From Halogeometricum borinquense DSM 11551 (GTDB lineage Archaea > Halobacteriota > Halobacteria > Halobacteriales > Haloferacaceae), in NCBI RefSeq assembly GCF_000172995.2, contig NC_014731.1:300001-332000 (forward strand): a stretch of DNA of 32,000 nt, given 5' to 3'. Positions 1-10,200 of this stretch are shown here, one piece after another. Made by a program: the position numbers and the translations under genes. The notes under the pieces were generated by a model, which saw nothing but the letters and a program-made list of their open reading frames with translations, was not told where the DNA came from and did not search any database. Numbering within the stretch: the stretch's first letter is position 1; each line of letters begins with the position of its first letter.

Positions 1-2
1 CA

Positions 3-560
3 TCACGTCTCCCACCGCTGGACGAGCGCCCGACCGTTGGTGTACTGAGTGCGTTCACGAATCCGGAGAACAGCGGTCACTTCGGCGTCTCCAACCCGAT
101 TCCCGCTCTCGATGCGACCCACGAACTCAAACACTACGGGGACTTGGGAGTTGTTGACGCGTTCGCGGAGCAGTACGGGGAGGAAAGAGGCCATTACGAT
201 CTCACAGTCGGCTTCGAAGGGCTGCTTGCGGTTGACCCGGACGTTCTGATCTTCGATGAGGCGGTGAACGCACTCGGCGGACAGACCGTCTACGGAAACA
301 CGAAAGCCTACGAGCGGACCCTCGAACTTCTCCGTACCGACGATATCGGCCAGCGACTCACCGCAGTCCAAAACGACCGGTTGTATCCCGGCGGAACGGG
401 ATCACAGGGGCCGATTATTAATCTCTTCCAGACCGAAATGCTCGCAAAACAGCTGTATCCAGCGGAGTTCGGTCCGTGGCGCGGACTCGGTGAGACGCCT
501 ACGGACGAGCAACTGTTCGACCGTCAACGGGTTGCAGACATCATCAACGGGGATCTCTGA
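3..560 (+). CDS. ABC transporter periplasmic substrate-binding protein (Fe-siderophore/cobalamin type), C-terminal part; 5' end lies outside the window
   Basis: Frame +3 is open from nt 3, with no stop before the listed start at 144. The translation ...VDPDVLIFDEAVNALGG...TAVQNDRLYPGG...LFQTEMLAKQLYP resembles the C-lobe of class III solute-binding proteins. Confidence 0.7.
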   Translation, partial: SRLPPLDERPTVGVLSAFTNPENSGHFGVSNPIPALDATHELKHYGDLGVVDAFAEQYGEERGHYDLTVGFEGLLAVDPDVLIFDEAVNALGGQTVYGNTKAYERTLELLRTDDIGQRLTAVQNDRLYPGGTGSQGPIINLFQTEMLAKQLYPAEFGPWRGLGETPTDEQLFDRQRVADIINGDL

Positions 561-579
561 TCTCGTTCGCACTAACGAA

Positions 580-1137
580 TTACTCGAAGCGGTTCGATAT
601 CGTCTCTTCGTCGGGCGTCCAGCCGATGAACTCGCCACCCTCGAACGGGAGATCGATGGAGGCGATATAGTTGCACAGTCCGACGTAGAAGTCCACGAGG
701 AGGCCGAGCGCAACAATCTCGGGCGGTGAGTACTGCCGAGTGAGTGCCTCGTGTATCTGGTCGGTGACTGTTCCGGATTCGACGGCCCGAGCGTACTGGA
801 GCAGGACGTACTCGGTGTCGTCGAACACTGAGAGGTCACCGCCACCGATCGCTTGCATTTCCTCGACTGTAACGCCCTTGTCGCGGGCGATATCGACGTG
901 TTGGTGCCACTCGTAGCGAGCGCCGCGAGCCCTTGCGACGGTGAGGATCACCAGTTCTTTGCGTCTCTCTCCGAGTTGATCGTACAGCGTGTTCAAATAC
1001 TCCAGCGTCGCTTCGAGAACTTCGGGGTTGTGCGCCCATGCACGGAAGATGTGGCGGTCGCCCAGATAGTCGTCGCTGAACAGGTAGTGGTACTCCTCCG
1101 GGATTTCGTCTAACTCAAGTAGCGGAAGTCGTGACAT
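580..1137 (-). CDS. carboxymuconolactone decarboxylase (AhpD-like) family protein
   Basis: 185-aa acidic ORF with ...ARARGARYEWHQHVDIARDKGVT..., a CMD-domain-like helix pattern. GC is high and matches the backbone. Confidence 0.75.
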   Translation of the reverse strand: MSRLPLLELDEIPEEYHYLFSDDYLGDRHIFRAWAHNPEVLEATLEYLNTLYDQLGERRKELVILTVARARGARYEWHQHVDIARDKGVTVEEMQAIGGGDLSVFDDTEYVLLQYARAVESGTVTDQIHEALTRQYSPPEIVALGLLVDFYVGLCNYIASIDLPFEGGEFIGWTPDEETISNRFE

Positions 1138-1547
1138 GTCTCTTGGGTTCTCAGTTTACAGCCGATTTCAGCCGTGGGACGGAAACTCGCCATCACAGGG
1201 ACTGTTATCTATCGTTGCGGTGGTACCGCACTCGATGATCATGTCAAATTGTATCATGAACTAGGTTAACAGATGTGAGATGCGTAGTAAACTGCATCGC
1301 GAGCGTTAAACAGTAATGCACACTTGCACAGTCCATTTCTCTTGCTGAGTCCGATGATTTCTCTAATACCGGCTCGAATGATCCGCAAACTAGCCATCCC
1401 CGGAAATGTGCACAACCTCGGAGGATGATTCTGATGCGTGGCTTATTTGCAGTATCGGTAAGGAAGAATCATCTACTCAGTAGCGCCTGCGAATTGATTG
1501 TCGTGTGATTCGTTAAAGATTACACTTGGAAGAACAATACGGTTGAC

Positions 1548-1760
1548 ATGGTCATTTCAACGAAGTCGGTGTGGGACGAAGTTGCGGAGGAACTTTCGGA
1601 CGGAACGGTGATTGAGTACGAGAATGCAACGGTATACGGCGATTTCGAACAAGAACAGATTCTCCACGAAGGTAATCTCAGAATTCTTCCGAACAGTTGG
1701 GTTGCTTTACCAACTGGGCGTCTCCTTTCTCCTGAAGCAGTGCATCATATCGACCCATAA
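1548..1760 (+). CDS. hypothetical small acidic protein
   Basis: 70-aa ORF of acidic composition in the AT-rich island. No recognisable motif. Confidence 0.3.
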   Translation: MVISTKSVWDEVAEELSDGTVIEYENATVYGDFEQEQILHEGNLRILPNSWVALPTGRLLSPEAVHHIDP

Positions 1761-1861
1761 AGATAGTATACCAACCGATTCGTAGCTCACCTGTATTGAG
1801 CGACGACCCTCTATAGATCAATGGTAGTAGCCTTATCTGTGAAGAACGCGGGCATCTAATA

Positions 1862-2497
1862 ATGGCCGACGGGAGTAAGCCCAGTAGTAGTGAACGACTC
1901 GCCGAGGTATTAGGTGAGATAGATGTGGACGAGTTAGAGGAGGCTATCAAAGCCGGGATGGAAACCGTCAAGAAAGCGGACGGTTTCCACGAATCTGTTG
2001 ACGGACCGGACGACGAAACGAAATATATCCTCCACAAAGATAGGCTTCCGTCCAACCGATACCACGAACTCGCACGGACGATTACGAAAGCAGTTCTGGA
2101 CGTGAGTCCTCGGGAAGTAGCCACAGTCGGAGTCCAAGGAATCGACGACTTTCTCCGAAATCGGAATGAAGAAGCCGTCAAGACGCTCTTGGAAGGTGGA
2201 GTCTCGTACGTCGAAAGCGAGTACAATGATGGAACGATTGAGGGACAATGCGTTGCGACTCCAGATGTAGTCGAAGCCGTGCTGTCGTTGTATATCCCCG
2301 GACTGATACATACATACTTCTTAGATGGCGAAGGTGAAGCGATTGCAGCACGCTTTGACGACACCTTACAGTATTATTGGTTGTCCGAAGCCGCATATCG
2401 ACAGCTTGGTGAACGGTTGAAGCCCGATCTGTTCTCGGCAGTCATAACCCTTGAAGAGTTGGAACAGATAATAGAGAGAGAACGCAAGCATAGGTAG
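1862..2497 (+). CDS. hypothetical acidic protein
   Basis: 211-aa ORF with haloarchaeal-type acidic composition and an ATG start. The overlapping antisense ORFs are Ser/Arg-rich shadows. Confidence 0.55.
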   Translation: MADGSKPSSSERLAEVLGEIDVDELEEAIKAGMETVKKADGFHESVDGPDDETKYILHKDRLPSNRYHELARTITKAVLDVSPREVATVGVQGIDDFLRNRNEEAVKTLLEGGVSYVESEYNDGTIEGQCVATPDVVEAVLSLYIPGLIHTYFLDGEGEAIAARFDDTLQYYWLSEAAYRQLGERLKPDLFSAVITLEELEQIIERERKHR

Positions 2498-2687
2498 ATG
2501 GTCTGTGTATACTGAGTGATCGAGGAGAAAGATCCATCACCGTTGTTGCATATTTACTGGTAAGAGGTTCTGGTGAAATCCTCTTCTTCAGATACATTGT
2601 AGCGTGAATCGCGGGCTCACTACACGTGCGAACTTATCGGAGTTCACCGAACACAAACGTTATACGGTGTTAAGTTAATGTTTTGAT

Positions 2688-2903
2688 GTGTATAAAACGG
2701 TTCGGGATTCGCTTGAGGACTGGTACAATCCGAGTGTTCAGTCTGCGGTGATTCTGTTAATGGGTTCGAGTTTTAGTCTCTTTCTGTTCCTCAACAGCCC
2801 CGATTTTACGAATCCGTACTACGTTTTCGGAGTCGGAGTAATGGGCATCACAATCGTCTTTGCGGTGGTTATGCTCATCTCTGTGTTACTAAAGCGCCAA
2901 TAA
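2688..2903 (+). CDS. small membrane protein (2 predicted TM segments)
   Basis: GTG start. Two hydrophobic stretches: AVILLMGSSFSLFLFL and VFGVGVMGITIVFAVVMLISVLL. Confidence 0.4.
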   Translation: MYKTVRDSLEDWYNPSVQSAVILLMGSSFSLFLFLNSPDFTNPYYVFGVGVMGITIVFAVVMLISVLLKRQ

Positions 2904-2956
2904 ACTACTACTCTGTATATAGCGGACCGCTCTGTCCCGATTTGTATGTTTTCTGC

Positions 2957-3175
2957 CTAGACGGATTCCTGAGTCGCCTCATGACGCCAACGAAATAACA
3001 TACATCCGACCCCGAAGACAAGAAAATAAAACACGTATCCCAGTACTGCGGGATAGTAACCGAACTCACTGATATTCTGGAGCGAAAGCAACGGCGTACC
3101 TCGGTAGACCAGAGAAACGATACCGACCAATCCGATTCCGCAGACAATCAGTCCATAGCGCTCTGTGGATTCCAT
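2957..3175 (-). CDS. small membrane protein (2 predicted TM segments)
   Basis: 72-aa ORF with hydrophobic stretches YGLIVCGIGLVGIVSLV and VLGYVFYFLVFGVGCML. Convergent with 2688..2903. Confidence 0.4.
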   Translation of the reverse strand: MESTERYGLIVCGIGLVGIVSLVYRGTPLLSLQNISEFGYYPAVLGYVFYFLVFGVGCMLFRWRHEATQESV

Positions 3176-3333
3176 GATGTTGATGAATTAGCTACACGTT
3201 GTCTTGAGTAGTTCGTCGCTCCCCTGTACTCAGCACGTCGCTCCTGACAGCATTCGGTGAGGGTGCTGCGGTCATGCTGAATAGAGGGCGCGAGTCGGTC
3301 ACGCGACGTTCCCGGTCTGAGTGTTATGTACAG

Positions 3334-3768
3334 CTACTCGATTGGTCTGGGGAGTGGATAGAAGACACCGTACCAGAGTCGGTAAAGTACACCACCAACT
3401 GCGATTCCCAAGGAGAAGCTCTCGCGTTCTGCCTCTGTAAGCGAATCAAACCATTTCAAACTTAGGAGAACACCCGCAACGAAGGTGTACAAACGACGCC
3501 AGTAGTTCGTGCGGAGTCTCCAGTAATCACGGTCATGTATCCATGATGCTGTAAGTTTCTCTACAAGTCCCAGAAGGAAGTATTGAAGATCGAGTCGAGT
3601 TGATTCATTTTCTTGATTGGCACATATTCGATTAATTCTTTTAATAAATAAGAACAAACTGCGTAAAAACTCAACTCGAGCCCACGTTCGACGCGAAATC
3701 ATTATTCCTTTATCATGCTGACTCAATATAAGTATTCGGCTGGGCTGCGGATTGGCAGGTACGCACAC
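3334..3768 (-). CDS. hypothetical basic/membrane-associated protein (start uncertain; alternative ATG at 3702)
   Basis: 144-aa ORF in very AT-rich DNA with a Trp/Arg-rich sequence and a C-terminal hydrophobic segment. No known motif. Confidence 0.3.
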   Translation of the reverse strand: MCVPANPQPSRILILSQHDKGIMISRRTWARVEFLRSLFLFIKRINRICANQENESTRLDLQYFLLGLVEKLTASWIHDRDYWRLRTNYWRRLYTFVAGVLLSLKWFDSLTEAERESFSLGIAVGGVLYRLWYGVFYPLPRPIE

Positions 3769-3899
3769 CTACTGATAAGCTAATACACCCTTGGCAACGC
3801 TGCAAGTAAACCCTATATCAAACCAATTCCCCTAGTGGGAAGGAAGGGTGAGAATCGCTGGGTTCAAAATAAATCTTGCCACAAAATAGGTCGAAAACC

Positions 3900-5825
3900 C
3901 GATATTCGCTCGGTTTGCTCTTGAGCCCGCCGTGTAGCCAGTCGATATTTACTCTTGAGTGTGGCGAGGAGGGGAGATCATAGCAAGAACGAACACCAGC
4001 ATCCCCCTCATAGACAGACAAACAGATGATCTCCTACACGCCCCGAATGACCGATACGTTCGCTATCTCGCTTGAGCTGAAAGAACGCCTACAAAGAGGA
4101 ACCAGTCTTTACGACGCATTCGAAGCGCTTGACCATCCGTTTTCGTTCCCAGAGAATCAATATCCTGAGTGGCACTCCACATCATATCCGTTTCGCGGCA
4201 TGGTCAAACTGTTTTACTACCGGGAAATCACCGGAGAGAGCTATCGATCGCTAACGCGCCAGCAAGAACTTGCAGTCTTGTTCGGCCTCAAGAAAATCCC
4301 AGACGAATCAGTACTCTCTCGAACTTGGCACAACCGATTCGACGATGCGGGTCGTGCCTTCGTCACCAATGGAGCACACGATCTCGTCTGGAGGATCGAA
4401 AACGGGGATTTCTACGCTCCTGAAGTACGGTCACTAGAAGAGATCGAGACACCACTCAACGAGACTGACGACAAATCTGAGAGTCAACCCACGTTTACTA
4501 ACGCCCAGATCTCTCGGACAACCCATCTCGCACGCGACCACGCATTTAGGTCGTTCAACTCTGGTCGAGCCCAGAACACGACTTACGAGGATACTCGCTT
4601 TCTCGAACTTCAGACGTTCATTGGGATGGCTGGTTGTGGAACACCGCAGGGCGCGAGACGGTTTCAGATCCGCCGAGGTACGGAGTACGGGCCACATGGC
4701 GATACGCACCTTCGGACAGTCAAAAAATTCGATCCTGAGGGTCTGATCGCTGGATTTCAACAGGCGACAGAGCGGCTTCTATCTGTGATCCAGTCAGAAG
4801 TCACGTTCCGTCGTCCTGTTACCGTTGCGATCGATATCACGACGCTGCGATACTATGGCGATGTCGAAGGAATGCGGATGGTTAGCGGGACGAAAGACGG
4901 TGATGGACGGGGATTCAAATTTGCGACGCTCTCGATCGTCGGATGGAACATTCCCATCATATTAGCCGTTGAGCCCGTCCGTGAGAGCTCCGCATGGGAT
5001 GAGAACCCGCCGAATCGGATTCATCGTGTGGTCCGACGGCTCGTTCGACGAGCACAAGAGCTCGTTCCGATTGAGACGGTTCTCTGTGACGCTGAATTCG
5101 ACGCAAAGTTGGTCTACCAAACGCTGTCAAACCTCGGCGTGAACTACCTGGTTCCAAAGCGGTCGTTCAACGCAGAGCGAGCAGCGATCAAGCGGATGAG
5201 CGAGGATGGGCAAGACGTCGCGGTCGAATCAACGACGGTTCACACTGATCAGGGATCGCATGCGATGCGGTTCTTGTATGTCCCCTCGACGAAAGGAGAC
5301 GGTACAGCCGTCTTCGCAACGAACCTCAGGGTCGGGCCAGCCGAGGCCGAGGCGTACTGTCAGCGATATAGCCGCCGATGGCAAATCGAAAACGAGTACA
5401 AGTCGATCAAGTACGACTTCTTAGCGAAAACCTCCTCGAAAGACTACCGCGTTCGATTGTTTTACTTCGTGTTCGCAGCGCTACTGCACAATATCTGGCG
5501 GCTTACCGACTTCCTCCTGAAAACGGGAATTAGCGACGATATAGACTACGCGCCCGTACTGACAGCTGGTGAGTGTGTAGAATGGGTTTCTTCTGCACTG
5601 ATTCCAGCAGACTAAGCAGCTCTCAACTCGGTACGCCCTTCGCGAGTGGAAACACTTTCTCGAAGCAGGAGTTTCAGACGGGAATCCGACACTTACAGAG
5701 TTCACTTCGAGAATCGACCGAAGAGTTCGATCAGGATAGATGATTCTGGCGAATATCCTATTGAATAAAACCGGAAACTGGCCATCCTCCGAAACTGTGA
5801 AATGTGAAACTGAGCGAATTTCATA
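3900..5825 (+). mobile_element. IS4-family insertion sequence; ends only tentatively placed
   Basis: Transposase CDS plus a weak candidate terminal inverted repeat: atattcgctcggtttg at 3902-3917 versus the reverse complement of gaaactgagcgaattt at 5806-5821 (13/16 match). I could not find a target-site duplication. Confidence 0.35.
4026..5615 (+). CDS. IS4-family DDE transposase (ISH-type)
   Basis: 529-aa ORF. The C-terminal YSRRWQIENEYKSIK matches the IS4-family Y-(2)-R-(3)-E-(6)-K signature. Candidate DDE residues are VAIDITT... and LCDAEFD. Confidence 0.85.
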   Translation: MISYTPRMTDTFAISLELKERLQRGTSLYDAFEALDHPFSFPENQYPEWHSTSYPFRGMVKLFYYREITGESYRSLTRQQELAVLFGLKKIPDESVLSRTWHNRFDDAGRAFVTNGAHDLVWRIENGDFYAPEVRSLEEIETPLNETDDKSESQPTFTNAQISRTTHLARDHAFRSFNSGRAQNTTYEDTRFLELQTFIGMAGCGTPQGARRFQIRRGTEYGPHGDTHLRTVKKFDPEGLIAGFQQATERLLSVIQSEVTFRRPVTVAIDITTLRYYGDVEGMRMVSGTKDGDGRGFKFATLSIVGWNIPIILAVEPVRESSAWDENPPNRIHRVVRRLVRRAQELVPIETVLCDAEFDAKLVYQTLSNLGVNYLVPKRSFNAERAAIKRMSEDGQDVAVESTTVHTDQGSHAMRFLYVPSTKGDGTAVFATNLRVGPAEAEAYCQRYSRRWQIENEYKSIKYDFLAKTSSKDYRVRLFYFVFAALLHNIWRLTDFLLKTGISDDIDYAPVLTAGECVEWVSSALIPAD

Positions 5826-6267
5826 TAGCATCATACAATATATTCTGGGCTGAATTGACTCTGAAATCCAGAATGCAGGCATTTCAGGCGGTTTCTGTGG
5901 TGAATAAGGACTGTCCAAGATCACTTTGTTTTAACCACGTAAAGACAAGTGGATTCGAGGGGGTCCGCGCTGTCCCCTCATCCCAACCGATGCCCGCTGA
6001 CTCAGACGCCCAAGAACTGGACAACGTAGCACGTCCAAGCCACCGGGAACAGCGGCTGGTCAAGATGCACCATATCAGTTGCTGTGCATGCGGTTTCTTT
6101 ATTCATGAACGGTTGTGTAACTGTCGGCTCATATTTTCTAACCATATCAGTAGAAATATAGCGCCACCCATAGTGTCTAGTTGAGGAATCTCCACCTACA
6201 TTCCAGCATATTTTCGGATAATCATTGCACAAACAGTTGAGGATCTATATTCCAGTTCGTTATGGCT

Positions 6268-6474
6268 TTAGAGACCTGACCTGTCTTGCCACTTCGAGAC
6301 GGCGTAAAGAAAGAAGATCGCGATTGCTACCGTGAATATCGCTCCCTTAATTAAAAGATCTTGAACAGTCGTCACATCTTGCATCACTCGAAGAAATAAG
6401 CCGAGAAAGATGATCCCCAGTATGAGCAAGAGGAATATATCAAATCGACCTATCGATCTGATCTTCTCCACCAT
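6268..6474 (-). CDS. small membrane protein (2 predicted TM segments)
   Basis: 68-aa ORF with FDIFLLLILGIIFLGLFL and GAIFTVAIAIFFLYAV. Confidence 0.4.
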   Translation of the reverse strand: MVEKIRSIGRFDIFLLLILGIIFLGLFLRVMQDVTTVQDLLIKGAIFTVAIAIFFLYAVSKWQDRSGL

Positions 6475-6743
6475 TACCTATCTGTCGGGTGGCTACAAGA
6501 AAAATTCTCGGTTCAATCTCTGTAGCTGAGCGCTTCTCCTCCCGTCGCGAAGCACACCATGACATTAGTACCGCCGTACCTGTAATCAATGAGGTCAGAT
6601 ACAATTTTCATATCGGTGAGAAACATCGGTGCGGCTCTGTTGAAATCATTAGAACCTGGCAAAACCATGTGACACAGACAGAGGGTGATACAGCAGGTAG
6701 TACTCCGTCGAAATTGGTATCGTAAGACACATAATACCAGCGT

Positions 6744-7028
6744 ATGTCTGAAGCAACCACGGGATCAAGCGGCGATGATGAAATCGTCACGGTGAATTTC
6801 AAAGTCACACAGGCGTTTCTCACCGAAATAGACAACACATGGCAGGAACGCGGGTTCAACAGCCGAAGCGAATTTGTTCGCTACACCCTCCGAGACGCGA
6901 CTGAATTTCCGACATTCGACCGCGATGAACTCATCGCTCTCCTCCAAGCAGAGGAAAACATCCGTGAAGGACGGACGATGAGTACAGACGAAGCCCGCGA
7001 GCAGTTCGGAACGGACAGCGATGAGTGA
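6744..7028 (+). CDS. ribbon-helix-helix (CopG/RelB-ParD-like) antitoxin
   Basis: IVTVNFKVTQAFLTEIDNTWQERGFNSRSEFVRYTLRDA fits a beta-strand/helix/helix RHH layout. The C-terminal part DELIALLQAEENIREGRTMSTDEAREQFG is typical of haloarchaeal RelE/ParE partners. The stop overlaps the ATG of the next reading frame (ATGAGTGA). Confidence 0.7.
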   Translation: MSEATTGSSGDDEIVTVNFKVTQAFLTEIDNTWQERGFNSRSEFVRYTLRDATEFPTFDRDELIALLQAEENIREGRTMSTDEAREQFGTDSDE

Positions 7029-7270
7029 GGTGGGCTGGACGTGGGAACTCACAGCAACAGCACAGGACGTCCTTTCGGTCCTTTCTCCAACTGAGCAAGA
7101 GCGGATACTGAAAATCTCGACGTGATTATTGACCGAACAACCCGTGTGTGGTGGTAACTCTGCCCAAACAGATAGCACGGGGGTTAAAGAAGATCAAACA
7201 AGCCTGGATCAATGAGACAGAATCCTTGATTAAAAAGATCCCTTTAATGAAAGGAGACTGCCTGTGTACC
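7021..7270 (+). pseudogene. RelE/ParE-family toxin remnant (frameshifted and truncated)
   Basis: From ATG 7021 the frame reads MSEVGWTWELTATAQDVLSVLSPTEQERILK, which is toxin N-terminus-like, then stops at 7123-7125. The sense continues one frame over as NLDVIIDRTTRVWW* across the A4 run at 7111-7114 and stops again at 7155-7157. Confidence 0.55.
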
Positions 7271-7274
7271 ACGC

Positions 7275-10200
7275 CTAATTCGACGTAAGGGAATCAACCG
7301 GCGTGACTGATGTATCAGCATCAATCTGGAACTGAGGATCACCTTCATACTCCCCTACAACAACGTCATCTATTCGATACTGGTGTTCCTCTTCAAGAAG
7401 TGGAATGTCCGTTGCCTCATCCTCGATTACGAATTTCAATTTATAACCGTCCTTCGTAACGAGTGTCCCAAGCTGACGTGAATTCCAGAACGGCTTTGCC
7501 TCACGTGTATCTTCCGCAGTGACTGTGATTGTCGTCCGTTCTGCGTCGGGATCAATAACTGTTGAATCCGTAATAACGTGGTTCTGGATTTCATCTAAGA
7601 ACGGTGATTGCTGATCAACTCGACTTTGAATATCCAGCCGTTCTTCAGCGCGCGTGAGTGCTACATAAAACAGACGACGTTCTTCGTCCATATGGGACCC
7701 TGTATCTATTTCCACGAGTTGGGTGAGGCTTCGGTCCCGTTCAGTTGGGGGAAATCCGTCACTCATACCTCCAGCTGCATTAGCGATGATTACGTGACCT
7801 GCTTCTTTCCCTTTTGCTTGGTGTGCTTTCGTTACCTCGACGCCGTTTTCTCCTCCAACAGGAATGTCAGCATCACGCAGTCGCTTTGATATTTCCCGAA
7901 TGAATGGAGATCCTGATTGATTCCGGGCCAGCACCATCACGTCATTTGGCTTTCGGTCAGACTCTCGTACAGATGACTTCACTAATTGAACGATCTTTTT
8001 AATCCCATTTCGACGATATTGGAAATCATCGCTTCCAGGAACCAAGTGTACCCTCGGAGTTGTTTCGAGCGATTTGTGGGCTGTGACCGTTTTGTCTGTT
8101 TTCGCCTCATTATTCTTGATGAGGTCATTCCCAGCTTTGACGACACTTGGTGGACATCGATAGTTGGTTTCTAGCCTCGTCTCTACAGCGGGTGAGAAGT
8201 GATCTGCGAAGTCGATAAAGTAGTCTGGTCGAGCACCCTTGAAGCCATAGATACTCTGCCAATCGTCGCCGACCGCAAACAACCTGGCGTCGTCATGTCG
8301 AGATAATAGTGCTTGAACGAATTCAATCTGAACCAGATTGAGGTCCTGAAACTCATCAACCATTACGTGCCTAAACTGAGCAATATTGTCGATTTCTCCG
8401 CTCTTGATGGCATCGGTCGCCATCACGATCATATCTACAAAATCATATGCATTGTATCGATCGTATACCGACTGATATTCTTGGAGCAATCTTGTTGCAG
8501 CGTGACTGAAATGGTAGAGCTCTTCGTCCTCCGATTCAGAAAGATTGTCCAGTTGATCTTCCGGATTGATCCGATTCGTTTTTGCCTTTTTGACGAACTC
8601 TGCGAAGGTGGACTCGACGTCACGCCAGCAAATATTGTGCTCGTAGGTTTCATCCCGAAGGGCTTTCCCCCGAAGAGGACTCTCAAATGTGACGCCCAGT
8701 TTTTCCAGCTGTGTCTTGACAACCGTCTCAACACGGCTAGGATCAGTTTGGTCACCGGAGACGATCAGCAGCGTTTGATCCGTCCCCTCGAAAATTTTCT
8801 CCACCTCGTCACGAGACCGTTTTTGATTGTACCAGCGTTTACGTTGACGGGTAGGTTCAGATGGAAGATACTCGATAACAATATTGTGTTCCGGGAGGCT
8901 GAAATCGGGGATATATGCCTGGTCTTTTGGATTTCCTGCCCAAGCCGCATATTTACGATAGTGATATGAGATATCGTGTTTGAAGAGTAGATCCGCAACT
9001 GATGTGTGGGCGTCTTTTTCTTCATTGAACCGGGATTGTACTTCTTCCCCTCTAAGCGTTGTATCAGATTTGTACCTAAGAGAGTTCAGGAAATCACGTC
9101 GTTCTTTGTCATCATCTTTGAGGTTTGCTTCCTTGTACAACTCGAGAAACTCATCGTAGTGTTTTCTAAACTCTTGATCTGCTTGGTAGAGTGATCGAAT
9201 CAGACGCCCTACCTCTCGTAACCGACTCTGATCTTCGATCTGAACCAGAGTTGGATCGATTTCATTCAGTGCTCTATTACCAAACGAATGCAGTGTCGAC
9301 GTTTCCACGCCCGAAATATCGAACATCTCATCGAGTCGGTCTGACATCTCTGTCGCCGCTTTCCGTGTGAATGTCATGGCAAGAATATCGTCTTCAGAGA
9401 CACCCTCTTCGACGAGATATTTGACCCGACACGACAGAGAAAAAGTCTTTCCTGTTCCTGCGCCCGCAATCACTTGGTTGTGGATATCGTTTCGATAGAC
9501 GGCAAGTTCTTGTTCTGCATTGAGAGAGAGATCATCATCACCGAACCCACTGAACGTCTCTTCGTACTTGTCTCTCTGTTGCTCAATGAGTTTCTGGTTG
9601 TACCCTTCCAACTGCCCTCGTATGTTAGCAATCTCACTAGCAATCGATTCAAACCGACTCCGATCCGAGTTCGCTAAGAGATTAAGATCGATATTTTCCT
9701 CGGTCTTCACCACCCGAGATTGTGCCTCATCGAACCTTTTCTCGTAACACCTCTGCTCAGGAGTTGCCAGATACGACCTTTCGTTGAAAATATCTTCGAC
9801 AGTCGATTTAAGCTCATCCGCCCATTCCTCTAACACTTCAATCTGATTGTCGAATGCTGATTTTGCGTTTACAAATTTACGAGTTCTCTGCAAGATCGAG
9901 CCGTACTGTCGAAGTTCGTCTTCCTGCTTGGCTGAGATATACTCGGTACTTCGCGAAGAGAGGAAGTCAGCTATTGATTCGAGGAGAGGATCGAGTTCGC
10001 AAACGATTTCATCATGCTCTCGGGGAAGCGGAACCCCTTCTTCACGGGATTGTTCAACCTCGTGTTTGAGTTCGGGGACCTCAGATTCTAACCTACCAAT
10101 CAACGATTTATATGTGTCTTCTGTTTGCGATTCGTTATAGATGGTAACACGCTGACGTAGACCACTAGTTCTTTCAAAAAGCTCATCGAACCTTTCTAAA

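Noticed and set aside
3902-5821. Candidate 16-bp terminal inverted repeat of the IS4-family element
   Set aside because: It is only a 13/16 match with no flanking direct repeat. By rough estimate, such a match in 200-bp search windows is not far from chance (expected ~0.1-0.2). I keep it only as a tentative boundary.
5804-6232. ORFs of 126 aa (plus strand) and 76 aa (minus strand) downstream of the transposase
   Set aside because: Both are Cys/His/Phe-rich and non-acidic, lie in heterogeneous sequence right after the IS, and have no motifs.
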